Source: Planctomycetaceae bacterium
GTDB taxonomy: Bacteria > Planctomycetota > Phycisphaerae > Phycisphaerales > SM1A02
Reading direction: 5' to 3'
Length of the DNA stretch: 64,000 bases
Assembly: GCA_002683215.1 (NCBI GenBank)
Contig: NYSY01000137.1
Coordinates: 2,300 to 66,299, forward strand
The position numbers and the translations under genes were made by a program. Each line of letters starts with the position of its first letter. Positions within the stretch are counted from its first letter, which is position 1. Under the pieces are notes generated by a model. The model was given only the letters and a program-made list of their open reading frames with translations. It was not told where the DNA came from and ran no database searches. Below are positions 27,135-34,993 of the stretch, piece by piece.

Positions 27135-27833
27135 TCAGCGGCGCGGATCGGGAACGGCGTCGAGGCGTGCATTCCACTGATCGATGAGATCGGCGTGCAC
27201 GGAACGCAGTGGTGTCGCGTCGCCTTCGATGGTGATCGACCGCACGGTCTCGTCGGGTTCGATCGCCAGCACCACCTCCATGCCTTCGACCACCTCGCCG
27301 AAGACCGGGTACTTGAAGGTGAATCGCTCGGACTGGGGTTTCGTGGTCACGAAGAACTCGTTCGGGCGGACCATGGCGGTGGGTTCATCGCCGAGCCGGG
27401 ACATCGCGACGAGTCCACCACGATCGAATCGAAGATCGGCGGCGAATTCGGGCGCGATGGTGTATCCGGGCGTGTAGCGGATGGCGTCGTCGTTGTGCGG
27501 GTTTCCGACCTGTCGGATCACCCGGGAGTGTCGGTAGAAATCGAGGCCGTCGAAGAACCCGCGATCGACGAGGTTGACGAAGTTCGCACAGCTCACGGGA
27601 GCGCGGTCGGGCCGAAGCACGAAGCGAAAGAAGCCGCGGTCGGTCTCGACCCGCGCGAAGATCGGGCCCTGGTCCTCGAGGGTCGGAGGCGCGACCACGC
27701 CGGTGGCCGTCGGGGCCTGCGAGTCGTCGGGGGCGGGTCCGCAGGCGGCGATCCAGCATGCGGCGAACATCGATACCAGCGCGAGCACCGCGGCGGAACG
27801 ACGTCGGAAGAACGAAGCGGGGCGATGTGGCAT
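27135..27833 (-). CDS. Cyclophilin-type peptidyl-prolyl isomerase, lipoprotein
   Basis: Start moved to MPHRPASFFRRRSAAVLALVSMFAACWIAAC (lipobox; GGAAGGA upstream). Cyclophilin core RAPVSCANFVNLVDRGFFDGLDFYRHSRVIRQVGNP...GGLVAMSR...FFVT...YPVFGEVVEGMEVV. Confidence 0.85.
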   Translation of the reverse strand: MPHRPASFFRRRSAAVLALVSMFAACWIAACGPAPDDSQAPTATGVVAPPTLEDQGPIFARVETDRGFFRFVLRPDRAPVSCANFVNLVDRGFFDGLDFYRHSRVIRQVGNPHNDDAIRYTPGYTIAPEFAADLRFDRGGLVAMSRLGDEPTAMVRPNEFFVTTKPQSERFTFKYPVFGEVVEGMEVVLAIEPDETVRSITIEGDATPLRSVHADLIDQWNARLDAVPDPRR

Positions 27834-27912
27834 GGTGGTTCCTTCCGTGGAGTCGACGCGACCGGCGGTTCGGACGACCCACAGGATAGGACCTGGGGCG
27901 GAGACCACACGC

Positions 27913-28280
27913 ATGAGGAATCTCCCGACTCACGAGCTCGTCGCTCCTCCTGCGCCTGTCATCGTCCGTGGCCGCCGGATCGTCGACCGCGACGAATTCC
28001 TGGCCGGAACCGAAGCCCGTGGACATGGGGGTCAAGGTCTACGGCCTTCACGGAACCGGCTCGCCGGAGCCCACCGGAAGTCTCCGGGTCACGATGGCCG
28101 ACCGGGGGCCGACGGATCAGGACGCCTGGTGGAACCTTCGACGTGGTGATGTGTCGGAGCGACCACGAGGGTGAGATCGGACCGGCGTCGGCGAAGGACA
28201 CCGGGATCATCTTCGTTTCGCCGACGCACGGCGCGGTTGCGTCCGTGAACCACCAGAAGGTCTCGGCGATGATCTTCTAC
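27913..28280 (+). pseudogene. Possible decayed/frameshifted small gene in an otherwise unassigned 525-bp gap
   Basis: Three consecutive plus-strand frames each carry a protein-like, high-GC3 stretch. 27913-: MRNLPTHELVAPPAPVIVRGRRIVDRDEFLAGTEA. 28025-28135: MGVKVYGLHGTGSPEPTGSLRVTMADRGPTDQDAWWN. 28137-28280: FDVVMCRSDHEGEIGPASAKDTGIIFVSPTHGAVASVNHQKVSAMIFY. No single intact ORF with a sensible stop exists. Confidence 0.3.
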
Positions 28281-28359
28281 CAACACCGACACGCGTCTCT
28301 CAGTCGCGCTCGCGGGCCGGGTCGATTCCGATTACCAGTCCGATGGCCGGGACTCCGGG

Positions 28360-29514
28360 TCAGGGCTCCAGCATCGCGCCGGTCGATGCGCGGACCACGC
28401 GGGTCGCGGGGCGACGCCCGAATCGCGCGGCGAATGCTTCGACGATCACGTCGCGATTGGCCTCCAGGGTCGGGGTGGACACCAGCACCAGGGCACTGCC
28501 GCCGAACCCGCCGCCGGTCATGCGGGCCCCGAAGCAGCCGGCATCCACCCGCCGCTCGGCGATCTCCACGATGTGATCGATTTCCGGAATCGAGACTTCG
28601 AAGCCGTCCCGCAGCGAACGATGCCCTTCGAAGAGGAGCCGACCGGCCCCCGCGAAGTCCCCGTTCTCCAGGGCCGTCACCATCGCGTCGACGCGGGCGT
28701 TCTCCTCGACGACGTGGAAGGCCCTTCGTCGATCCGTCGTCTCGAGCGTCGCCGCAGCGACGTCTTCGCGCGTCGCATCCCGCAGTGATCCACCAATCGC
28801 CGCTTCGGCTCGCTCGCACGCCGCGCGTCGCTCCGCATAACCGCCGTCGCGAAGTCGATGGGTGACGCCGCTGTCCACCAGCAGGATGACCGCGTGGTCC
28901 TCGGGCGGCATCGGCACCGGACGCCAGGTCACCGAACGACAGTCGATTCGCAGGGCGTTTCCGGCGCGGCCCGCAGCGGAAACCAGCATGTCCATGATCC
29001 CGCACGGGGTCCCCACGAATTCATGTTCGGCCCGCATGGCGAGACGGGCGAGCGTCTTCGGATCCGAGGCACCGTCGGTGAACCCGGCCCAGGCGGTGGC
29101 GAACGCGACTTCGATCGCGGCGCTCGAGGAGAGGCCGCCGCCGGACGGAACGTCACTGGTGACCAGGGCCCGGATCGGCGCGTCGGTTCCACCCGCGGCC
29201 TGGAGGACCCCGAGCAGGTGATTGGCGAATCGACGGGACGGGTCGGTCTCCGGGTGTCGGGGCGGTGGTCCGGGGTGGCTCGTCTCCGCGTCGAGATCGG
29301 GCGCGAGGAAGACGGTCCGGCCGTCCTCCGCCGGCCCGAGGGCGAGCGCAGCGCGGGCATCGATCGCGAACGGGAGCACCAGTCCGCCGGTGTAGTCGAC
29401 GTGCTCGCCGATCAGGTTCACGCGGCCGGGGGCGGACGCGACGATCGCCGGTGGGACGCCGAAGCGCCGGGTGAACGCCGCCCGAGCCCGAGCGGCCGCG
29501 GAGGTCTCGTTCAT
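28360..29514 (-). CDS. galK: Galactokinase
   Basis: 384 aa. GRVNLIGEHVDYTGG (galactokinase signature) and the GHMP motif PSGGGLSSSAA. Confidence 0.95.
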   Translation of the reverse strand: MNETSAAARARAAFTRRFGVPPAIVASAPGRVNLIGEHVDYTGGLVLPFAIDARAALALGPAEDGRTVFLAPDLDAETSHPGPPPRHPETDPSRRFANHLLGVLQAAGGTDAPIRALVTSDVPSGGGLSSSAAIEVAFATAWAGFTDGASDPKTLARLAMRAEHEFVGTPCGIMDMLVSAAGRAGNALRIDCRSVTWRPVPMPPEDHAVILLVDSGVTHRLRDGGYAERRAACERAEAAIGGSLRDATREDVAAATLETTDRRRAFHVVEENARVDAMVTALENGDFAGAGRLLFEGHRSLRDGFEVSIPEIDHIVEIAERRVDAGCFGARMTGGGFGGSALVLVSTPTLEANRDVIVEAFAARFGRRPATRVVRASTGAMLEP

Positions 29515-30929
29515 TCGTCGAATTCCGATTCGGCGTCGAGGTCGACACCTCGATTTCGTTCATCGAGCCGGGTCTCCAGTTCGACGAGTACGTCACGCAG
29601 CCGGTCCCGGCTCCAGCGATCGCGGCGATCGAACGATGCGTTGACCGCTCGATGCCCCTCGACCCGCCGCTCGATGTCGGCACCGAGTCCGGCGAAGGGT
29701 CGGACCAGACGATCGAATTCACGACGCCGCTCCAGCACCGCGTCGAGCAGTGCGATCTCGTCCGCGATCGCATCGATGTCGTCTTCGATCGTGGGGGTTG
29801 CGCCGAGCTCCGCGAGGGGCACCGCATCGGAGACGTGCCGGTATCGGGACGCAAGCGATCGGTCCGCCCGTGTCGCCGCGGCCACGCCCAGTCGGTTCAG
29901 ACGTTCCGCGGTCGCGGCGACCAGGTTCTCGACGTCCTCGCGTCCCCGCTCGTCCAGTTCGTCGGCGGTCAGAATCTCCCGGATCAGCCGCGCCAGCCGA
30001 AGATCCTCGACGAACAACGCGGGATGCGCGAGTTCGTGGTGGCTGCGGACCATCTCGAGGTGGGCGAGCGGCGGCACGCGGAGCCCGAGGGCCCCGATCA
30101 TCTCGGCGTTGATGTTCCGACGTGGAATCTCGGTGGCGACGAGTGCTTCCTCGTACGCGGCGAGTTCCCGATCGGCTCGATCCCGCTCCACGCCGGTCAG
30201 CAACCGACGCCACTCGGGCCCGAGCTCGATCATCGATGCGGCCCGGATCCGTTCGATCGCTTCACTCCGCGACCATCGCGCGACGAGGGCGGCGTCGAGG
30301 TCGGCCTCCCACTCATCGAGCACGGGCAGCACGCCCTCGAGAATCTCCGGGTCCACCGCGACGGTGGTGACGAGCTCCAGCGGCTCGATGGAGGTACCGG
30401 GGAGTCGATCCGGCAGACCGAGCAGTTCGCGTCTTCGCCGCCGGCGTTCCCGAAGCGTCGAGGCCGCCGGATCGATCTTGGACGCCTCGTTCCGATCGGC
30501 GGCGAGCAGCCGGCCGAACAACGCCTCGTCCGCGATGTCGGCGGCGCGAAACGCCTCTCCCCTCGCCTGAAGGAGAAGGAGCAGCTCCGGGGTGTGGCGG
30601 GTGCGCACGTCGCCCTGCTGTCGATCGATCGAGAAGCAGACCGGCCATCGCTCGCGCACGGTCTGGACCGGTCCCTCCTGGATCGGATGCCAGGCGAGTT
30701 CGTAGGCGGCGAGGGCGTCGACGATCGCCACCTCGTCCTCGATCTCCAGGTCCCGGGCGATGGCGCGGATGGATGCCGGATCGATCGGGGACGGTTCGTA
30801 GATCCTGCGGAGCGCCTGTTCGCGCAGTGCCTGCTCCGCCGCGGAGATCTGGGCTTCCGCGGGTTCGACCACGATCGAGATGATCGAAAGGAGGGTGCCG
30901 AGGAGGACCGTCGCGTCGCGGGTTCGCAT
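29511..30929 (-). CDS. Secreted all-helical Glu/Arg/Leu/Ala-rich protein, unknown function
   Basis: 472 aa. Signal-like MRTRDATVLLGTLLSIISIVVEPAEA. The stop overlaps the galK start (ATGA). No family recognised. Confidence 0.65.
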   Translation of the reverse strand: MRTRDATVLLGTLLSIISIVVEPAEAQISAAEQALREQALRRIYEPSPIDPASIRAIARDLEIEDEVAIVDALAAYELAWHPIQEGPVQTVRERWPVCFSIDRQQGDVRTRHTPELLLLLQARGEAFRAADIADEALFGRLLAADRNEASKIDPAASTLRERRRRRRELLGLPDRLPGTSIEPLELVTTVAVDPEILEGVLPVLDEWEADLDAALVARWSRSEAIERIRAASMIELGPEWRRLLTGVERDRADRELAAYEEALVATEIPRRNINAEMIGALGLRVPPLAHLEMVRSHHELAHPALFVEDLRLARLIREILTADELDERGREDVENLVAATAERLNRLGVAAATRADRSLASRYRHVSDAVPLAELGATPTIEDDIDAIADEIALLDAVLERRREFDRLVRPFAGLGADIERRVEGHRAVNASFDRRDRWSRDRLRDVLVELETRLDERNRGVDLDAESEFDE

Positions 30930-31103
30930 CGGAAATTCCTGGAGTCCGGGGCGGTGGGACTTCGAATCGGCCGGGACCGTTCGGCTCGAACCTTAGAATA
31001 CGAGAAGCCGCCGCCTCGAGTTCGCCGGGAGGCTCGAGTCTCTTCGGGAGCTTCGGATCGGCGGGTGGTAGGCTCACGCCGCCGGATTCGCCGGAACCTG
31101 GAG

Positions 31104-31811
31104 ATGATCATGCCTGGAATCGTGGTCTTCGATCTCGACGGAACGCTCGCACGAACCAGCGAGGTCGACGACGCCTGCTGGCTCGAGGCGGCCTCGGACG
31201 TCCTCGGTCTCGATTCGATGGAGACGGATTGGAGCCACTACCCGCACTCCACGGACGAAGCGATCGCGCTGGAACTCATTCGGACCGGCACCGACCTGGC
31301 GCCGAACGACGAGAACGTCCACCGGGTCCGCGACGCCTTCGCCGGACGGATCGAGGCGGCGCGACGCCGGCGACCGGAGTGGTTTCGCCCGGTGCCGGGG
31401 GCGCCGACGATCTTCGCGGCGTTGCGATCCGCCGGCTGGGAGGTCGCGATCGCGACGGGCGGCTGGCGGCGCACCGCCCGCATGAAGCTCGACGCGGCGG
31501 GCGTCCCGCACGAGGGCGTCGCCGCCGCACACGCCGACGATGCGCACCCCCGCGAGGAGATCATCCGGATCGCGATGACGAGGGCGACGGCCTCGTACGG
31601 GTGCGCCTTCGATCGCGGCGTGTACGTGGGTGACGGTCGATGGGACGTGCTCGCCACGGATCGAATGGGACTCGGATTCGTGGGAATCGCGGCGGGGGAC
31701 CGGGCCGACCTGCTTCGATCCGTCGGCGCGGAGACGATCCTGCCCGACTATCTGGACTTTTCCGCGTTTCAGGAGGCGGTGGAACGTCTCGCCACGTCCC
31801 TGAAGCCTTGA
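31104..31811 (+). CDS. HAD-superfamily hydrolase
   Basis: C-terminal 235 codons of ORF 29652..31811. M-I-M start: ATG at 31104 or, with better GGAG spacing, 31110. Motif I VVFDLDGTLA, motif IV VGDGRWD. Confidence 0.8.
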   Translation: MIMPGIVVFDLDGTLARTSEVDDACWLEAASDVLGLDSMETDWSHYPHSTDEAIALELIRTGTDLAPNDENVHRVRDAFAGRIEAARRRRPEWFRPVPGAPTIFAALRSAGWEVAIATGGWRRTARMKLDAAGVPHEGVAAAHADDAHPREEIIRIAMTRATASYGCAFDRGVYVGDGRWDVLATDRMGLGFVGIAAGDRADLLRSVGAETILPDYLDFSAFQEAVERLATSLKP

Positions 31812-31935
31812 GGCGGCCGAATCGGCGTCGGATCGGACATGTCGATCCGCACCGAAGGCACTATGTTCATGCCGAACGATTCTCTTGCCTCACGGCGATG
31901 TACTCACCCGCCGAAGCCCCATTCCGGAGTCGACC

Positions 31936-32517
31936 ATGCTTGGAGCCACCCTTCTGATCCCGATCCTCACCCTGGTCGGGGTCATTCTGCTCATCGCGAT
32001 CATCCTGATCCGCCTCTACAACGCCCTGCAGCGGAAGAAGCTCGCGGCGGAGAATTCCTGGAGTGACATCGACGTTCAGCTGAAACGCCGTCACGATCTG
32101 ATTCCGAACCTCGTCGGTGCGGTGAAGGGATACGCGTCCCACGAATCACAGACCTTCGAAGCGGTGACCCAGGCCCGCGCCGCGGCCACCAGCGCGTCCT
32201 CCGTCGCCGATCAGGCCGGGGCGGAGAACATGCTCACCCAGGCGCTCGGGAAGCTCATGGTCGTCGCGGAGGCGTATCCGGAGCTCAAGGCGAACACGAA
32301 CTTCCTGCAGTTGCAGGAGGAGCTCACCAGCACCGAGAACAAGATCGGCTTCGCCCGTCAGCACTACAACCGGACCGTGAGCACGTTCAACGAGGCGACC
32401 AAGACCTTCCCGTCCAACGTGGTCGCGGGGATGTTCGGATTCTCCGAGCTCGACTTCTTCGAACTCGACGCGGACGAGGCCGCAGCCGTGAAGAAGGCGC
32501 CGAAGGTGGAGTTCTGA
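31936..32517 (+). CDS. LemA family membrane protein (copy 1)
   Basis: Start moved to MLGATLLIPILTLVGVILLIAIILI (TM). YNALQRKKLAAENSWSDIDVQLKRRHDLIPNLVGAVKGYASHE...AEAYPELKAN...ARQHYN are LemA hallmarks. Confidence 0.9.
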   Translation: MLGATLLIPILTLVGVILLIAIILIRLYNALQRKKLAAENSWSDIDVQLKRRHDLIPNLVGAVKGYASHESQTFEAVTQARAAATSASSVADQAGAENMLTQALGKLMVVAEAYPELKANTNFLQLQEELTSTENKIGFARQHYNRTVSTFNEATKTFPSNVVAGMFGFSELDFFELDADEAAAVKKAPKVEF

Positions 32518-32560
32518 TCGCCCTGGCACCGATCGTTTCTCGTTCGACGGGGGATCTCCC

Positions 32561-33262
32561 GTGGAAGTGATCCTCGTCATCCTGGTGGCCGCCCTCGCGG
32601 CGGGTGGGCTCATCTTCGCCCACCTGCAGGCGAAGAAACGTCGGGAGGCGCTTGCGGCGCTGGCGAGCTCACGGGGCTTGGACTTCGATTCATCGTTCGA
32701 CGGGTCACACGACGTCCGGTTCGCCCGGTTCGCGATGTTTCGGAAGGGCCGGTCGCGGGTCGCCTACAACACGATCAGCGGCACCCTCGACCTCGGCGGG
32801 CGTTCGATCTCGGTGCGAACCGGCGACTTTCGCTACAAGGAACGCCGCGGATCCGGGAAGAATCGGCGAACGGTCACCATCCGACTCAGCTACCTGATCG
32901 CCTGGAATCCGTTCGGCTCCGTTCCGGAGACCGTGGTTCGTCGAGAGGGCGTCTTCGATCGCCTGAAAGGCATGCTGGGCTTCGACGACATCGACTTCGA
33001 GAGCGTCGAATTCAGTCGCCGCTTCCACGTGTCCAGCGAAGACAAGCGATTCGCCTACGATCTGATCGATTCCCGGATGATGGAATTCCTGCTTCGAACG
33101 GCGCCGCCCGCGTTCGAACTGGAAGGTGATCTGATCTGCGTTTCGGACGGACGCGGATGCTGGGATCCGGCGTCGTTCGAACGCCGCCTCGACTGGTGCG
33201 GTGCCTTCTTCGACGCCTGGCCCGATCATCTGGTTCGAACGCTTGCCGACGAGTCGGCCTGA
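32561..33262 (+). CDS. N-terminally anchored protein, DUF3137-like
   Basis: 233 aa, GTG start. TM MEVILVILVAALAAGGLIFA. Pattern F.RF.MF.KG....YN.ISG...G and later VEFSRRFHV.S.D..FAYDLI...M.EFLL resembles DUF3137, a family often adjacent to lemA (recalled, not searched). Confidence 0.6.
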   Translation: MEVILVILVAALAAGGLIFAHLQAKKRREALAALASSRGLDFDSSFDGSHDVRFARFAMFRKGRSRVAYNTISGTLDLGGRSISVRTGDFRYKERRGSGKNRRTVTIRLSYLIAWNPFGSVPETVVRREGVFDRLKGMLGFDDIDFESVEFSRRFHVSSEDKRFAYDLIDSRMMEFLLRTAPPAFELEGDLICVSDGRGCWDPASFERRLDWCGAFFDAWPDHLVRTLADESA

Positions 33263-33288
33263 CGGTTTCCACCGAAAGGACCCGGGAC

Positions 33289-33852
33289 ATGCTCTTCTTC
33301 ATCCTGATACCCATCCTGGTCGTGTTGCTGCCGCTCATCTGGTGCGTGGTGATCTACAACCGACTGGTCTCGGTCCGGCAGCATCTTCAGGAGAGCTGGG
33401 CCGACGTCGACGTGGAGTTGAAGCGTCGGTACGACCTGATCCCCAACCTCGTGGCGACCGTGAAGGGATATGCGGCCCACGAACGGGAGACCCTGGAGCG
33501 GGTGGTCGAGCTTCGGAACCGGGCTCGTGAGAACGTCGGCCGGCCGGATCGTCAGAGTGGTGACGAACAGGCGATGGTCGCGGGCGTGGATCGACTGCTC
33601 GCGGTCGCCGAGGCCTATCCGGACCTGAAGGCCGACACGGGATTCCGCGAACTCCAGTCCGAGCTGGCCAACACCGAGGATCGGATCGCCGCCGGCCGGC
33701 GGTTCTACAACGCCAACGTCCGCGAGATGAACCAGCTCTGCACGACGATTCCCTCGAACCTCGTGGCCGGGACCTTCGGATTCGAGACCCAGGGTTTCTT
33801 CGAGACCGATCCGGCGGAGCGGTCCCCGGTGAGCACCGACTTCGGTGATTGA
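33289..33852 (+). CDS. LemA family membrane protein (copy 2)
   Basis: Start moved to MLFFILIPILVVLLPLIWCVVIYNRL. ESWADVDVELKRRYDLIPNLVATVKGYAAHE...AEAYPDLKAD...GRRFYN. Roughly 40-50% identical to copy 1 by eye. Confidence 0.9.
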   Translation: MLFFILIPILVVLLPLIWCVVIYNRLVSVRQHLQESWADVDVELKRRYDLIPNLVATVKGYAAHERETLERVVELRNRARENVGRPDRQSGDEQAMVAGVDRLLAVAEAYPDLKADTGFRELQSELANTEDRIAAGRRFYNANVREMNQLCTTIPSNLVAGTFGFETQGFFETDPAERSPVSTDFGD

Positions 33853-33924
33853 CGCCCGGGCTCCGAGTCGATCGGGGGCGGGCTCCGACTGGCGTTGGAG
33901 CGGCCGAACGTCGATGATGAGGAC

Positions 33925-34938
33925 ATGGCACGAGAGCGCATCGTTTCCGGAGATTCACAGGCCGAGGAGCCGGTGACCACCACCGATGCCGCCGTGCCGA
34001 CGCCCGTGGTCCGGCCCAGGTCGATCTCGGAGTACGTCGGTCAGGCGGCGCTGATCGAGCGGCTCACGATCGCGATCCAGGCGGTGAAGGCGCGGAACGA
34101 GGCGATGGAGCACGTGCTGCTGCACGGCCCGCCGGGACTCGGGAAGACGACCCTCGCACATGTGATCGCCAACGAAATGGGGACGACGGCCTGGGTGACC
34201 AGCGGGCCCGCCCTCAACAAGGCGGCGGATCTGGTCGGCACCCTCACCAAGCTCGGTGAGGGGGACGTCCTCTTCATCGACGAGATCCACCGACTTCCCC
34301 CCGCGGTCGAGGAGTACATCTATCCCGCGATGGAGGATTTCAAGGTCGACTTCACCGTCGACAGCGGGATGCATGCGAAGGTGATCACCCTCACCTTGAA
34401 GCCCTTCACGCTGATCGGTGCGACCACGCGGGCGGGCATGCTGACCCAGCCGCTGCGGGCCCGGTTCGGCATCACCCATCACCTCGAGTACTACCCGGTC
34501 GCCGATCTGGTCGAGATCCTTCATCGGGCGGTGGGGCGAATGGGGATCGAGTCGGTGGAAACCAGCGGCTTCGACGCGATCGCGACCCGCAGTCGTGGTA
34601 CGCCCCGAGTGGCCCTCCGCCTGCTCCGACGGGTGCGGGACTTCGCGCAGGTCCGCGGCACCGGTCGGATCGATGCCGCGGCGGTCACCGCGGCGCTCGA
34701 ACTCGAAGGAGTCGACGCACTCGGGCTCGACGAGATCGATCGCAAGTACCTGACGGTCCTCGCGGACGTCTACGAGGGTGGACCCGCCGGGCTCGAGGCG
34801 ATCGCCGCGACCATGGGCGGCGACGCCGGCACGCTCGAGGACGTGGTGGAGCCGTATCTCCTGCAGATCGGATTCCTGTCGCGGACGCCGCGCGGGCGCA
34901 AACTCACCGGGGCCGGAATGGCACACCTCGGGCGTTGA
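33925..34938 (+). CDS. ruvB: Holliday junction branch-migration helicase RuvB
   Basis: LRPRSISEYVGQ-type N-terminus, Walker A HGPPGLGKTTLA, Walker B LFIDEIHRL, sensor GATTRAG...PLRARFG. Confidence 0.95.
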   Translation: MARERIVSGDSQAEEPVTTTDAAVPTPVVRPRSISEYVGQAALIERLTIAIQAVKARNEAMEHVLLHGPPGLGKTTLAHVIANEMGTTAWVTSGPALNKAADLVGTLTKLGEGDVLFIDEIHRLPPAVEEYIYPAMEDFKVDFTVDSGMHAKVITLTLKPFTLIGATTRAGMLTQPLRARFGITHHLEYYPVADLVEILHRAVGRMGIESVETSGFDAIATRSRGTPRVALRLLRRVRDFAQVRGTGRIDAAAVTAALELEGVDALGLDEIDRKYLTVLADVYEGGPAGLEAIAATMGGDAGTLEDVVEPYLLQIGFLSRTPRGRKLTGAGMAHLGR

Positions 34939-34941
34939 CGA

Positions 34942-34969
34942 CCGCGGCGATTCCTCGGGATCGCCGCGG
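34942..34969. terminator. Hairpin between convergent ruvB and the LptD-like gene
   Basis: 10-bp stem CCGCGGCGAT / ATCGCCGCGG with loop TCCTCGGG, starting 4 nt after the ruvB stop. Confidence 0.55.
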
Positions 34970-34993
34970 GCACCCTCGTCCCTGCTCGTCGGA

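Noticed and set aside
27834-28359. Structured RNA gene (RNase P RNA, tmRNA, SRP RNA, 6S) in the 525-bp gap
   Set aside because: I could not find the conserved cores I know (GAGGAAAGUCC-type P4 strand, tRNA-like GGUUCGA T-arm with ACCA end, SRP GGAAGCAGCC-type domain IV) on either strand. The codon-position GC pattern looks like decayed coding sequence instead. A covariance-model scan would be needed to exclude an RNA gene fully.
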